From positions 31,161 to 95,160 of the forward strand of contig JABCTC010000008.1 of the NCBI GenBank assembly GCA_018238545.1: DNA of 64,000 nucleotides. Reading direction: 5' to 3'. A program made the position numbers and the translations under genes. Origin of the DNA: Candidatus Heimdallarchaeota archaeon (lineage in GTDB: Archaea; Asgardarchaeota; Heimdallarchaeia; Heimdallarchaeales; Heimdallarchaeaceae). The notes under the pieces were generated by a model that worked only from the letters and a program-made list of their open reading frames with translations, was not told where the DNA came from and ran no database searches. Below are positions 10,702 through 20,262 of the stretch, in pieces; position 1 is the first letter of the stretch; every line of letters begins with the position of its first letter.

Positions 10702-12084
10702 TTAGCTTAATCTTTGTAATGCGTCCTGAACAAGTCTCATACCCTTAGTCATAATATCACTTGCATTTTTCTCAGTTTTAGCTTCAGCGAATACTCTGAA
10801 AATAGGTTCTGTTCCAGAAGGTCTAATTAATACCCAACCTTCATCATAGATGAGTTTCACTCCATCCATACTTATGATTTCAACATTTTCTGGGACGGTT
10901 GCAACAATGTGGTCCATTGCCCTCTTTTTTAATTCATTTGGGCAAGATAATTTGTTTTTCTTCTGAAAATATTCAGGTAATTCTAGTACCAAATCACTGA
11001 AAGTTTTTTCAGTTTCTGCCAATATATTTGCCATCAGAGCCGCGGCCATCGCACCATCTCGTACGCTTTGATGTAATCCATAAAACAACCCTCCATTCTC
11101 TTCTCCACCCAAAAGACTGTTCCTGGATATCATTTCTCTACTTACAAAAATACAACCTACTGGGGTCCAGATTACCTTTCCTCCAATCGCATCAGCGATG
11201 TCAACAACTGCAGATGACGAGCTAACAGGTGTAACAAATTGTTTGTTTTCATGATTACTCATAAACCATTTTTCGAACAAAGCTATAGATTTATCTCCAA
11301 AGAAAATAGTGCCCTTTTCATCTCCAAATATTGCTCTATCTGCATCTCCATCATGTGCTACTGAGAAATTGCATTTGCTTTGCAAAGTGATTTTACTCAT
11401 TTCAGTTAATCTTTCTGGGTTAGGTTCTGATCCTCTTCCTGGGAACCTTCCATCTAAGTTACCATTAACTGTAATTACTCTCACTCCAAGTTGTCGAAGT
11501 AATTCTGGAGTAATGACACTCCCCGCTCCGTTTCCAGTATCAACTACAACAGACATCTTTTTCTTTTGTATGTTATCTATGTTTACTAATTGTATTATTT
11601 GATTAATGTATTCCTGTTTAAGATCCATTTTTGTGACTGAACCATTTTCATCCCAAGGAGCAAAGGTAAATTGTTCTTTCTCAAAAATTTCTTCAACTTT
11701 AAGTTGTTTTCTTATATCAATTTCAATTCCATCATCGTCTATGATTTTGAGACCGTTAAATTGAGGGGGGTTGTGACTTGCTGTAACCACTATTCCCATG
11801 TTTGTTTGTAAATGTTTTACTGCAAATTGAACCAAGGGAGTGGGAACCACACCTAAATCTATTACTTCTATCCCACTTGCAAGGAAACTAGAAATGACAT
11901 TGTTTTTGATAAAAGGGCTACTAAGCCTGGAATCTGTTCCTATGATTACAGTTCCCTTATTTTTTAACATCGAAGCTATAGCAGAAGACATTTTTGATAT
12001 AAATTCCGGTGTAATTAAATCACCAATAATGCCTCTTATCCCGTTGGTTCCAAAATATTTCATGTTCATTACATCACAGAACAA
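10702..12084 (-). CDS. Phosphohexomutase (PGM/PMM/GlmM family)
   Basis: FGTNGIRG, TASHNP, DGDADR, GEENGG, RPSGTEP. Confidence 0.95.
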   Translation of the reverse strand: MFCDVMNMKYFGTNGIRGIIGDLITPEFISKMSSAIASMLKNKGTVIIGTDSRLSSPFIKNNVISSFLASGIEVIDLGVVPTPLVQFAVKHLQTNMGIVVTASHNPPQFNGLKIIDDDGIEIDIRKQLKVEEIFEKEQFTFAPWDENGSVTKMDLKQEYINQIIQLVNIDNIQKKKMSVVVDTGNGAGSVITPELLRQLGVRVITVNGNLDGRFPGRGSEPNPERLTEMSKITLQSKCNFSVAHDGDADRAIFGDEKGTIFFGDKSIALFEKWFMSNHENKQFVTPVSSSSAVVDIADAIGGKVIWTPVGCIFVSREMISRNSLLGGEENGGLFYGLHQSVRDGAMAAALMANILAETEKTFSDLVLELPEYFQKKNKLSCPNELKKRAMDHIVATVPENVEIISMDGVKLIYDEGWVLIRPSGTEPIFRVFAEAKTEKNASDIMTKGMRLVQDALQRLS

Positions 12085-12205
12085 ATCTCATGTTATAACA
12101 TTTTCTAAATTTCATTCTAATAAGAATCAAACAAGAAAACATAGAGATAGAACAAAATCTTTTAAAAACTACATTGTTGGAATATCTTAACGACACGAAT
12201 TAAAG

Positions 12206-12526
12206 ATGGTCTTTACTATGAGCGTTGACTTTCTAAAAACCATAAGAGAAACAGAAAGAGAGTGCGAACAAGATATCAAGAACGCCGAAACTACTAAACA
12301 AAATGCTTTAATGGAAGCAGAAAAGAAAACAGTTTTGAAAATTCGAGATACCGAAATTCAAGCTAAAGAAGAAGCTACTAAAATTTTGTCTGGTGTAAAA
12401 GATAGAGTCGAAAAAGAATACGTCAAAATGCTTAATTTATTCGAGGAAGAGCAAAATGAGTTAAAAGCTAAAGCAAAAATACAAGAGAAAAAAGCAATTG
12501 ACTTTGTCTTAGAAGAAATAATGTAA
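12206..12526 (+). CDS. atpH: A/V-type ATP synthase subunit H (G-like peripheral stalk)
   Basis: ~100-aa charged coiled coil (LKTIRETE...KAIDFVLEEI) directly upstream of subunit F. Confidence 0.7.
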   Translation: MVFTMSVDFLKTIRETERECEQDIKNAETTKQNALMEAEKKTVLKIRDTEIQAKEEATKILSGVKDRVEKEYVKMLNLFEEEQNELKAKAKIQEKKAIDFVLEEIM

Positions 12527-12530
12527 AACA

Positions 12531-12875
12531 TTGACAGTGATTCCAATGAGTACTCCTCAAAGAACAAAAATCGTAAGCGTAGGCGATGAAGAAACATCTA
12601 TGGGCTTTAAATTAGCAGGAATATCAGAGGTTTATACTGAAGAACCTGAAAAATCTGGTTCTATCTTGCGTTCTCTTGCCGATGATCCTGAGATAGCTGT
12701 TCTTATTATCACTGAAGAAGTGGCAAAAGCGAATATTGATGTTATAAGAAGAATACGCATTCATCCCTATCCTGTTATCGTTGAAGTTCCAGGTAAGAAA
12801 GCAAAATATGATAGTGCCGAGGATAAAGTTCGTGCATTAATCAAAATGGCTTTAGGTATTGACATAGAAACGTAA
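12531..12875 (+). CDS. atpF: A/V-type ATP synthase subunit F
   Basis: VGDEETSMGFKLAGI, PVIVEVP, LIKMALGIDI. Confidence 0.93.
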   Translation: MTVIPMSTPQRTKIVSVGDEETSMGFKLAGISEVYTEEPEKSGSILRSLADDPEIAVLIITEEVAKANIDVIRRIRIHPYPVIVEVPGKKAKYDSAEDKVRALIKMALGIDIET

Positions 12876-12919
12876 AAAACTATATACTTAGTTTTCTATA
12901 TTAAAAAGAGGAAAAACCA

Positions 12920-13174
12920 ATGAATGACAAATTTGTTGGAGTGGTAATGATTATCAGCTCTTTAGGTGTGATGGTTTTTATGTTCATATGGACCATTATC
13001 CTTCCGATATTAGATGAACAGTTTCTGTTCAAAGCCTATATGGCTATTGCGATTGTAATATTTAGTGCAATCTTTGTTTTAACAATGTTAACCGTATGGA
13101 TTGGTTTAAATTTTCTAAAGAACCGAGCTCCTAAAGAAGATCTCTCTGAACAAAAAATTGAAATTAAACAATAA
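12920..13174 (+). CDS. Small two-TM membrane protein, DPM2-like
   Basis: Two hydrophobic helices; DKFVG...W.IILP.LD...AY.AIAI...WIG..FLK pattern. Confidence 0.55.
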   Translation: MNDKFVGVVMIISSLGVMVFMFIWTIILPILDEQFLFKAYMAIAIVIFSAIFVLTMLTVWIGLNFLKNRAPKEDLSEQKIEIKQ

Positions 13175-13186
13175 TGGTGAATATAT

Positions 13187-13564
13187 ATGATAGGTGGAAA
13201 AAGACCAATGTCACCTCGTGAAGCTAAAAGAATGCAAGCGAGAATGAGACAAATTGAATTGGAAGATGTAGAAGAAGTAATTATTCGCTTTGCAGACAAG
13301 GAAACGGTGATCTATACCCCTTCTGTTAGGAAAGCTTTTATTCCTGGTATGATGGATTCTGACACGTGGCAAGTTGTAGGACCCGGCATTGACCGTCCTC
13401 GAGGTAGCGAATCTGGTGCGACTGCCGGTGTTAATATCAATGAAGCAGATGTAGAGCTGGTTATGGCTCAAACAGGTGCATCAGAAGAGGCAGTTCGCAA
13501 AGTCCTAGAAGAAGAAAACGGCGATTTAGCTGGAGCCATTGTAAAACTAAAAATAAAGAAATAG
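13187..13564 (+). CDS. nac: Nascent polypeptide-associated complex protein
   Basis: VEEVIIRF NAC domain, C-terminal UBA (DVELVMAQTGASEE...GDLAGAI). Confidence 0.93.
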   Translation: MIGGKRPMSPREAKRMQARMRQIELEDVEEVIIRFADKETVIYTPSVRKAFIPGMMDSDTWQVVGPGIDRPRGSESGATAGVNINEADVELVMAQTGASEEAVRKVLEEENGDLAGAIVKLKIKK

Positions 13565-13566
13565 AT

Positions 13567-14052
13567 TTATTTCTTTTCCCCTATTCCCTTTCTTGTATCT
13601 ACTGCAACACCAATATTCATCTGTAACATCAGCTTTCCAGGCATTTTTGCTATTCCGATTCCAATAAATTCGTCTTGGTGATTAACAATTAGTACTTCTT
13701 CCTTAGGGGATATTTTTTCATCGGCTTCTAAAACGTGTTTTGCAAAAACAGATTTGCTTTTTCTTATGAAAGATTCTATGTCTTCAATTATCTTTACTCT
13801 CAATCCTAGTTTGTTCTCATATAATTTTTCTCCACCCACAATGGAAAGTATAAGAAAACCATCACGAACACGAAAAGAGCATAATCTATCACCGTTTAAA
13901 TACACAATTTTTATCCTTTTTGTGCCCCTAGAACGTTCAATCATTATATCTTTAGGAAACAATACATCGCCTGCCCCTCTTCCAAATTGAAAATCGGCTA
14001 TCCCCTTTAGTTGCCTTATGTCATAAAGTGTTGGTTTCTCCAATCTAGGCAT
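13567..14052 (-). CDS. PUA-domain RNA-binding protein (archaeosine TGT C-terminal-like); probable start at 14052
   Basis: IADFQFGRGAG, SVFAKHV..AD..I.P.EEVLIV, GVAVDTR. Confidence 0.85.
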   Translation of the reverse strand: MPRLEKPTLYDIRQLKGIADFQFGRGAGDVLFPKDIMIERSRGTKRIKIVYLNGDRLCSFRVRDGFLILSIVGGEKLYENKLGLRVKIIEDIESFIRKSKSVFAKHVLEADEKISPKEEVLIVNHQDEFIGIGIAKMPGKLMLQMNIGVAVDTRKGIGEKK

Positions 14053-14110
14053 GTTATGTAGACTGTTTGTATTAGTAATAAAAATTGTTATTGGCAAGAA
14101 ATAGTTCTTT

Positions 14111-14974
14111 CTAATATTTATCAACAAAGATATCCGAACATAAATGATACAATCTTGGTGAATATTTTTTAATTTGCCTAATCTCTTTTACTTCTATTTT
14201 GTATCCGGATTCATTTATGGCTTGTTTAACAATCTCTATTGGTTGTTCTAAATTATCTCGGGGCGCTAGACTGTGATAGTGTATCCACCCTTGATTTTCT
14301 ATTGCTTCTAAGGCACATCGAAACTGATTGTAATCAATGTCAAAGTACCCCATTAACACTCTAGTTGCAAAGTTTTTCGGTGTACTAGTTCTATTATTTC
14401 CATAGATTGGAAAATATCTATTACTTACTTTGTTTACCGCAATATTTTGTTTTAGAAAATCAAACGCAATTTGATTCCATTCAATGCCGTAAACTCTAAT
14501 AGACGGTCTATTCACAACAATAGGCAAGGATAAATTTCCAATACAAGCAAACATATCACAAATGACTTCGTTATCATTCACTGCTTGAATTAAATGATTT
14601 CTTTCATTCTTATTTCCTGGAGAAAATGTGACCGATTCCAAATCTATTTTGAAAATAGTATTAAATTCTTTGTGGGAAGTTTTTGTCCTTTTTTCTCCAG
14701 CGACATGCGTAATAACTGGTTTTCGATAAGGTGAAATAGTGTCTAATTGCTCTACAACTATCTTAACTTGAGGATCAATTGAGATTAATTTCTCCCCTAT
14801 CGTTCTTTTGTAGTCATCTATCTTTGGATTTAGATGTCTAATAACTGCAATATCTCCTATAACAGCATACCCAGAAGGTAGCCTATCTAGTAAATCTTTG
14901 GGCATTTTCCTCTTTAGTGATTCTTGAAGTTTCTCTTTGAATTTCATTAAACCTAAAGAATCTTTTAACACCAA
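14111..14974 (-). CDS. Trm5/Taw2 (TYW2) family SAM-dependent tRNA modification enzyme
   Basis: YAVIGDIAV, TFSPGNKNER, DMFACIG.LSLP, RVLMGY. Confidence 0.88.
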   Translation of the reverse strand: MVLKDSLGLMKFKEKLQESLKRKMPKDLLDRLPSGYAVIGDIAVIRHLNPKIDDYKRTIGEKLISIDPQVKIVVEQLDTISPYRKPVITHVAGEKRTKTSHKEFNTIFKIDLESVTFSPGNKNERNHLIQAVNDNEVICDMFACIGNLSLPIVVNRPSIRVYGIEWNQIAFDFLKQNIAVNKVSNRYFPIYGNNRTSTPKNFATRVLMGYFDIDYNQFRCALEAIENQGWIHYHSLAPRDNLEQPIEIVKQAINESGYKIEVKEIRQIKKYSPRLYHLCSDIFVDKY

Positions 14975-15014
14975 TTTTTAATATTATCCTCTCTTTCATA
15001 TTAATAGAAGAAGA

Positions 15015-15563
15015 ATGTTACTACAAGCAAAATTGAACCAAGACTTTGCATTAATAGTAGAAAAAGAAGGTAATTCTCTATACAGTCAAGGTTGGTATGG
15101 TCAATATACAAACAAGAATCACTTGAAATTAGATCCCTATGAGACCGTGATTCTCCTAGAAAGAGGCAGAATTGAAGTAGTAGAATCAAATGATGATATC
15201 TTATCTCTCTCTGAAGTGGTAGCATTTTTCTCAAATAACATCCCAAATTTTCTCGTTCATTATCTTCTCTATAAAGACTTGCGCGGAAGAGGCTATGTTA
15301 TAAAACGCCATTCGAAGAACAATAAATACTTCGAACTCTACGAAAGAGGTGCAACTCCTAAAAATGCAAAACATTTAGCATTGGTAGTTCCCATGGTTGA
15401 GGGTGTTTTGTTTGACATAGACAGCATTGATCAAATTGTCTCTGAATCAAAATCAATTAGTAAGCAATTGATTTTTGCAGTTATTGACAGTTTGGGGGAT
15501 GTTTCTTATTACAGTGTAAGTGAGCTAGAATTCCCTGATCTTACTGAACAAAAGGAGATTTGA
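15015..15563 (+). CDS. endA: tRNA splicing endonuclease subunit, probably the structural (non-catalytic) type
   Basis: LDPYET..L.ERG, YLLYKDLR.RGY, FAVIDSLGDVSYY; lacks the TGLK(Y/F)G motif and the RNA-binding arginines. Confidence 0.8.
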   Translation: MLLQAKLNQDFALIVEKEGNSLYSQGWYGQYTNKNHLKLDPYETVILLERGRIEVVESNDDILSLSEVVAFFSNNIPNFLVHYLLYKDLRGRGYVIKRHSKNNKYFELYERGATPKNAKHLALVVPMVEGVLFDIDSIDQIVSESKSISKQLIFAVIDSLGDVSYYSVSELEFPDLTEQKEI

Positions 15564-15567
15564 TGAA

Positions 15568-17388
15568 ATGAAATATACACCTGATACAAGCGTAATAATA
15601 AATGGTCAGTTTTTAAAATATCTTTCAACACAAAAAGACGTTGAAACAATCGTCCTTTCGCGCGTTGTTTTAGCTGAAATAGAAAATATGGCAAATCAAG
15701 CAAAAACAACAGGAATGGTAGCCTTAGAAGAATTACAATCTATGAGAGATTTCTGTGCAAAGAATGGTTTCAATATACTTATTGATGGTTTTAGGCCAAC
15801 AAGTAATCAGATACGAGGGGCTCCATCAGGAGAATTAGATGCACAAATTCGAGAGTTGGCACAAGAGCATCAATCTATGTTAGTTACTTCTGATAAAGTG
15901 ATGGCAGAAATTGGGAAGGCTGAAGGGCTTGTTGTTGTATATCTTAAGCAAGCTACCAGAAGCATAGGTAAGAAGATTGAAGATTACTTTGATGAACAAA
16001 CGATGTCAATCCATTTACGAGAGAAAAATCCCCCATTAGGAAAAAAGGGAAAACCTGGAGATTTTGAGCTAGTTAGCTTGTCTGATGAGGAGATTCTTAC
16101 TCGAGAATATCTCGAAGAACTAGCTAAAGATGTTATAGAGAGAGCAACTAGAGAAGAAGACAGTTTCATAGAATCTGATAGATTTGGTACTTCTGTTATT
16201 CAACTAAGGAATACCAGAATTGTGATTATTCGTCCTCCTTTTAGTGATGCAATGGAAATAACAGCAGTAAGACCGATTCTAAAACTCACACTAGAAGATT
16301 ATAAATTGGATTATAAATTACTCGAAAGAATTGAGAAAAAAGCTGAAGGGATCATTATTGCTGGACCTCCTGGCGCTGGGAAAAGCACATTTGCTACAGC
16401 GGTTGCTGAGTTTTATGCTGACAAAGGTAAGATTGTAAAAACATTTGAGAATCCTAGAGATTTGCAAGTTGATAACAGGATAACACAAATGTCTGGTTTT
16501 GAAGGGGATATCTCTGCTTCTGCAGATTTGGTTCTTCTCATGCGTCCTGATCATGTTATTTATGATGAATTAAGAAAAACAAAGGATTTTGAAACTTATT
16601 CAGATTTGCGTTTGGCAGGGATTGGTCTGTTGGGTGTAGTTCACGCAACACAAGCAATAGATGGTATTCAACGATTTATCAAACGAGTAGACTTGGGCAT
16701 TATCCCTTCTATTGTTGACACCATTATTTTTATTGCAAAGGGAGATGTTGCAAAAATTTACACTCTTTTTATGACAGTTAAAGTTCCGACAGGAATGACC
16801 GAAAAGGATCTAAGCAGACCAGTGATTCTCGTAAAAGATTTCCTCACAAATAAACCAGAATATGAAATTTACACTTTTGGTGAGCAAATAGTTGTTTCTC
16901 CAATTAATAAATCTACAAGACGTTCAGCGAGTGGGAAATCCATCTCGTCTGTAACACCAGCAAGATTACAGAAGGTGCTGAAGAAATACTCTATTTATGA
17001 TTTCAATTTTAAATTCGAACCTCCAAATTCATTATCCCTCTTCGTTTCAGACAAAGATAGACCACGCGTAATAGGAAAAAATGGAAAAAGGATTGAAGAA
17101 ATAGAACAAAAACTTGGTTTATCAATAGATGTGAAAACCTTTGGGGAGAAACAAGAAAATGAAGAAGCGGAATATATCTTGGATGTTTATCCTACAAAGA
17201 GCAAGATGATAGTAGTGTTCCCCCCAACCTGTATTGGTGAGGATGTTTTGATTGCAATAAATGGTGAGGTTGTGTTTCAACTAACTGTAGGAAAATCTGG
17301 AGAAATCGGCATCGGAAAAGATACTGAAACAGGAAGAGCATTATCGGATGCTCATAAAAAAGGAGCAACAATTAGTGCTATTTTATGA
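15568..17388 (+). CDS. PIN domain-P-loop ATPase-KH protein (PINA type)
   Basis: PDTSVII PIN domain, GPPGAGKST Walker A, YDELRK, VIGKNGKRI KH domain. Confidence 0.93.
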   Translation: MKYTPDTSVIINGQFLKYLSTQKDVETIVLSRVVLAEIENMANQAKTTGMVALEELQSMRDFCAKNGFNILIDGFRPTSNQIRGAPSGELDAQIRELAQEHQSMLVTSDKVMAEIGKAEGLVVVYLKQATRSIGKKIEDYFDEQTMSIHLREKNPPLGKKGKPGDFELVSLSDEEILTREYLEELAKDVIERATREEDSFIESDRFGTSVIQLRNTRIVIIRPPFSDAMEITAVRPILKLTLEDYKLDYKLLERIEKKAEGIIIAGPPGAGKSTFATAVAEFYADKGKIVKTFENPRDLQVDNRITQMSGFEGDISASADLVLLMRPDHVIYDELRKTKDFETYSDLRLAGIGLLGVVHATQAIDGIQRFIKRVDLGIIPSIVDTIIFIAKGDVAKIYTLFMTVKVPTGMTEKDLSRPVILVKDFLTNKPEYEIYTFGEQIVVSPINKSTRRSASGKSISSVTPARLQKVLKKYSIYDFNFKFEPPNSLSLFVSDKDRPRVIGKNGKRIEEIEQKLGLSIDVKTFGEKQENEEAEYILDVYPTKSKMIVVFPPTCIGEDVLIAINGEVVFQLTVGKSGEIGIGKDTETGRALSDAHKKGATISAIL

Positions 17389-18123
17389 TTCTTCCTTTTC
17401 AGATCTCGTGAAGACTACTTCAGAAGAAGTGGGGTGTCCAATGATTATTCTATCAGAATCATCTGGAAATATTCCATTTTCAACTACTCCTGGGATTAAT
17501 GTTATCTGTCTTTCCATTACGAACGGGTCATATGGTTCCTTGAAGTGAACATCACCAATTATATTACCATTATCAGAAACCACAGGACCAATCTTCCCTG
17601 TACCGTATCGCAGTTTAAATTCACCACCCAAATCAAAGATGGGTTTAATTATGGTATTTATGGCTTGGGGAAGTACTTCAATTGGAACAGGAAAACTATT
17701 TAGTTCTCTGGGAAATTTAGAAAAATCTGCTATAACAATAAACTCTTGGGATGCTCGTGCCATAATTTTTTCCATTGTCAAAGCTCCACCTCCACCTTTT
17801 ATAAGTACAAAATCCTCCGTGATTATATCTGCTCCATCCACATAAATTTCCAATTCTGATTCTTCAATCAGTGACCCTGTTGGTAAACCTACTTTCGCTA
17901 ATTCAATCTGACTTTCGAGTGATGAAGGAATGCAAAGAATATCTAACTCATCTTTTTCAACCAGTTCAGAAAGAGCTTGAATAAAGAACTTTACAGTGCT
18001 ACCTGTGCCTATTCCAACTGTAAAGTCATCATAAATGAACTCTTTAGCAGCTCTTACCGCTGCGTTTATCTTAGAATTATCAATATTCTCTGTCATTGCA
18101 ATATCACTTATTCTAAATGACAT
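17383..18123 (-). CDS. rpiA: Ribose-5-phosphate isomerase A
   Basis: GIGTGSTV, DGAD, IKGGGGALTMEK, SDNGN, PGVVENGIF. Confidence 0.97.
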   Translation of the reverse strand: MSFRISDIAMTENIDNSKINAAVRAAKEFIYDDFTVGIGTGSTVKFFIQALSELVEKDELDILCIPSSLESQIELAKVGLPTGSLIEESELEIYVDGADIITEDFVLIKGGGGALTMEKIMARASQEFIVIADFSKFPRELNSFPVPIEVLPQAINTIIKPIFDLGGEFKLRYGTGKIGPVVSDNGNIIGDVHFKEPYDPFVMERQITLIPGVVENGIFPDDSDRIIIGHPTSSEVVFTRSEKEES

Positions 18124-18160
18124 TAGAAAGAATTACTTGTAAAATCTTTTGTATTAAGAA

Positions 18161-18248
18161 CGCACGTTATGAAACTTGGTCAAACTTGCCAGAGGCGGTC
18201 TAACCGTCGTTTAAGTGGGTCCCCTCACGTGCGATGAGGGGAAGAGGA
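18161..18248 (-). ncRNA. Candidate omegaRNA scaffold 3' part
   Basis: Hairpin 18220-18242; loop-region ACGTGCG (18227-18233) is complementary to CGCACGT (18161-18167), forming a pseudoknot. Confidence 0.55.
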
Positions 18249-18959
18249 TCATAGAGGAGGAAGGAGAGTACCAGGAAGGGAAGCAATGTTTTGGGCAGCA
18301 TTACTATGTGTGTTAACCTTCTGCCCACACTTCTTACAGGGAGCAACATCATATTGGTTTCGACCACGAACTAGTGTTCCTCCACAGCCATAGTGCAGAG
18401 TGCTGGTGTGATAAGGAAGAACTGATTCTAATTGCACATCATAGCCTAGCTCTTGAGAAGCTAACCTTACTGCTTTCTTGTAGATGAACAAACTGTCAGG
18501 CATGGTGTAAATAGCTTTTGCTAAAGCTCCTTTAGTACCAGTAGGGTCAACTGTGAGTTGCTCAACCTTCAATTTTTTACACTGTTTTTTCATCATAACA
18601 GCAGCAAGAAAGTGGGGAAGGAGACGAGTAAGTTCGCGAAGAAGTCTCGACCGTCGAGTATATAGCCTGTTGAGCTCACCTAGTAACTTACAACAACCAT
18701 GAGCATCACCTGCTTTACGCTTGCTAAGCAACCCACGATGGAGTTCGGGGAGAACTTTATCACTAAGATGAGTATAGTTTTTAGCCAAGTGCAGCAAATC
18801 AGGAGGGAGAGAAAGAGGAATATTAAATGCTACCATGTGTTTCCCTAAACGGTTGATATCTATACCTAGAATAGCTTGTTTCCTTCCAGCTATCTGGGGG
18901 AGATAGGTGTGGAGAAGGGTAGAGGAGTGGAAACGAGCAATTTTTCTTCTTTTTCTCAT
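18249..18959 (-). pseudogene. tnpB: TnpB C-terminal half (RuvC + zinc finger), N-terminus missing
   Basis: LGIDINR (RuvC-I), VEQL (RuvC-II), PYHTS...CGG...CKKCG zinc finger, NTHSNAAQNI (RuvC-III with D-to-H); in-frame stop shortly upstream. Confidence 0.8.
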
Positions 18960-19194
18960 CTTCTTAGGATATTTGATGATACTCCTTACATTCTTGCTAC
19001 CACCCCAATTCTTACTAATATGTTTTCTTTTCTCACTATTTGGTCAAAAGTATATCTCACCTCTCCTCCTACGGCAAGATTGGATAGGTTTTTGTTCTTC
19101 AGTAGATTAAGGTTGTTAATAAAAATAAAATAAAAATAGTTTGAGAGGTAGAATTTGTACCAACTCCTCTCGTTTTAGAATGGTAAAAGTGAAA

Positions 19195-20094
19195 CTATTG
19201 TTGTTCACTCATGAATTTTTTAAGACGATCTAATTCCTTCAACATTTCTTTGCGTAGTGCTGCAATCGAAGTGCTCTTTGCGAACAAATCTCCTTCTCCT
19301 CCTTCTGGAGTTGAAGATGGTGCAATTGCTGGTGCAGGTGGTTTAGGTGTTGGCATGCTAGGTGCTGGAATTGAGGGTGTCACTGTTCCAGACTTAGGTG
19401 CAGTTGGCATTGGTGGTGATGGAATTGCAGTTGGGGGTGGAATTTTTCCAATTGATGGTGGCATTGGTGGGCTTGGTGGAGCTGCAGCTGCTGAAGTTGG
19501 CATTGGTGGTGTTGGAGGAGCTCCAGCGTCTTTCTTTTTCTTTTTCTCCTTCTTAACCTTCTTTTCCTTAGCAGGTTTAGTTGGAGGAGCTGGAGGAGCA
19601 GTTGTTGGAACAGCGGCAGGAGTTTCTATTTTTTCTTCTCCCTTAATTTTACTGAGATAGTCTCCTTGCATTTTCTTTAGTTCTTGCTCTAATTGCGATA
19701 CTTCTGCTTCTCTTGCAGTTTTCTCAATTTCATCTTCAATCTTCTTTACATCTGATGTGTATCTTACAGATAATCTTGTGAATATGCTTTCACCAATTTC
19801 TTTCTTTTTGTGAGCATCTGACAATGCACGTTGCGCTCCTAAAAATTTAGCTTTTTCAATTTTTAAAATTGCAATCCTCTCTGCTGGTGGGATATCAGAC
19901 GGTACAGGTCGATCTGTTTCCAAGTCCATATCTAGCAAAGTTGGTGAGTCTCTTTTCTTGTAAACTTTTGTTGAAATGGCTACTGCTATAGCAGATAAAA
20001 TGAAAAATACTATTATCAAATATATAAGCATCTTAAGACCTGAATCGGTCATGCTAGCTGGGGGTAAATCTCTGAACCAATCTGTAATTGTCAT
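19195..20094 (-). CDS. Membrane-anchored coiled-coil, proline-rich protein with C-terminal amphipathic helix
   Basis: TM helix ~aa 22-42, helical region, Lys-rich patch, P/A/T/S repeats, terminal SIAALRKEMLKELDRLKKF. Confidence 0.8.
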   Translation of the reverse strand: MTITDWFRDLPPASMTDSGLKMLIYLIIVFFILSAIAVAISTKVYKKRDSPTLLDMDLETDRPVPSDIPPAERIAILKIEKAKFLGAQRALSDAHKKKEIGESIFTRLSVRYTSDVKKIEDEIEKTAREAEVSQLEQELKKMQGDYLSKIKGEEKIETPAAVPTTAPPAPPTKPAKEKKVKKEKKKKKDAGAPPTPPMPTSAAAAPPSPPMPPSIGKIPPPTAIPSPPMPTAPKSGTVTPSIPAPSMPTPKPPAPAIAPSSTPEGGEGDLFAKSTSIAALRKEMLKELDRLKKFMSEQQ

Positions 20095-20262
20095 ATCCTT
20101 GCCTCTTGAAATTTTAGTTAAATATAATCTTTTTATTTCTTTCTCTGTCTATTAAGTATGAAATTATGGTTAATAAACTCTATTACTGTTGCCATGGCAT
20201 CTGTGCTTAATATAGCTGAATCGTGATGTAAAAATTGTAGAATAAAAGAAATTTCATTTTGA

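Larger units (their letters stand above)
18161..19175 (-). mobile_element. Degenerate IS200/IS605-like (TnpB) element; left boundary approximate
   Basis: Visibly higher GC than flanks; tnpB remnant; structured right end 18161-18242; hairpin GAGAGG...CCTCTC near 19143-19171. Confidence 0.65.

Noticed and set aside
19211-19660. Gly-rich 149-aa ORF on + strand
   Set aside because: Antisense shadow of the proline-rich gene
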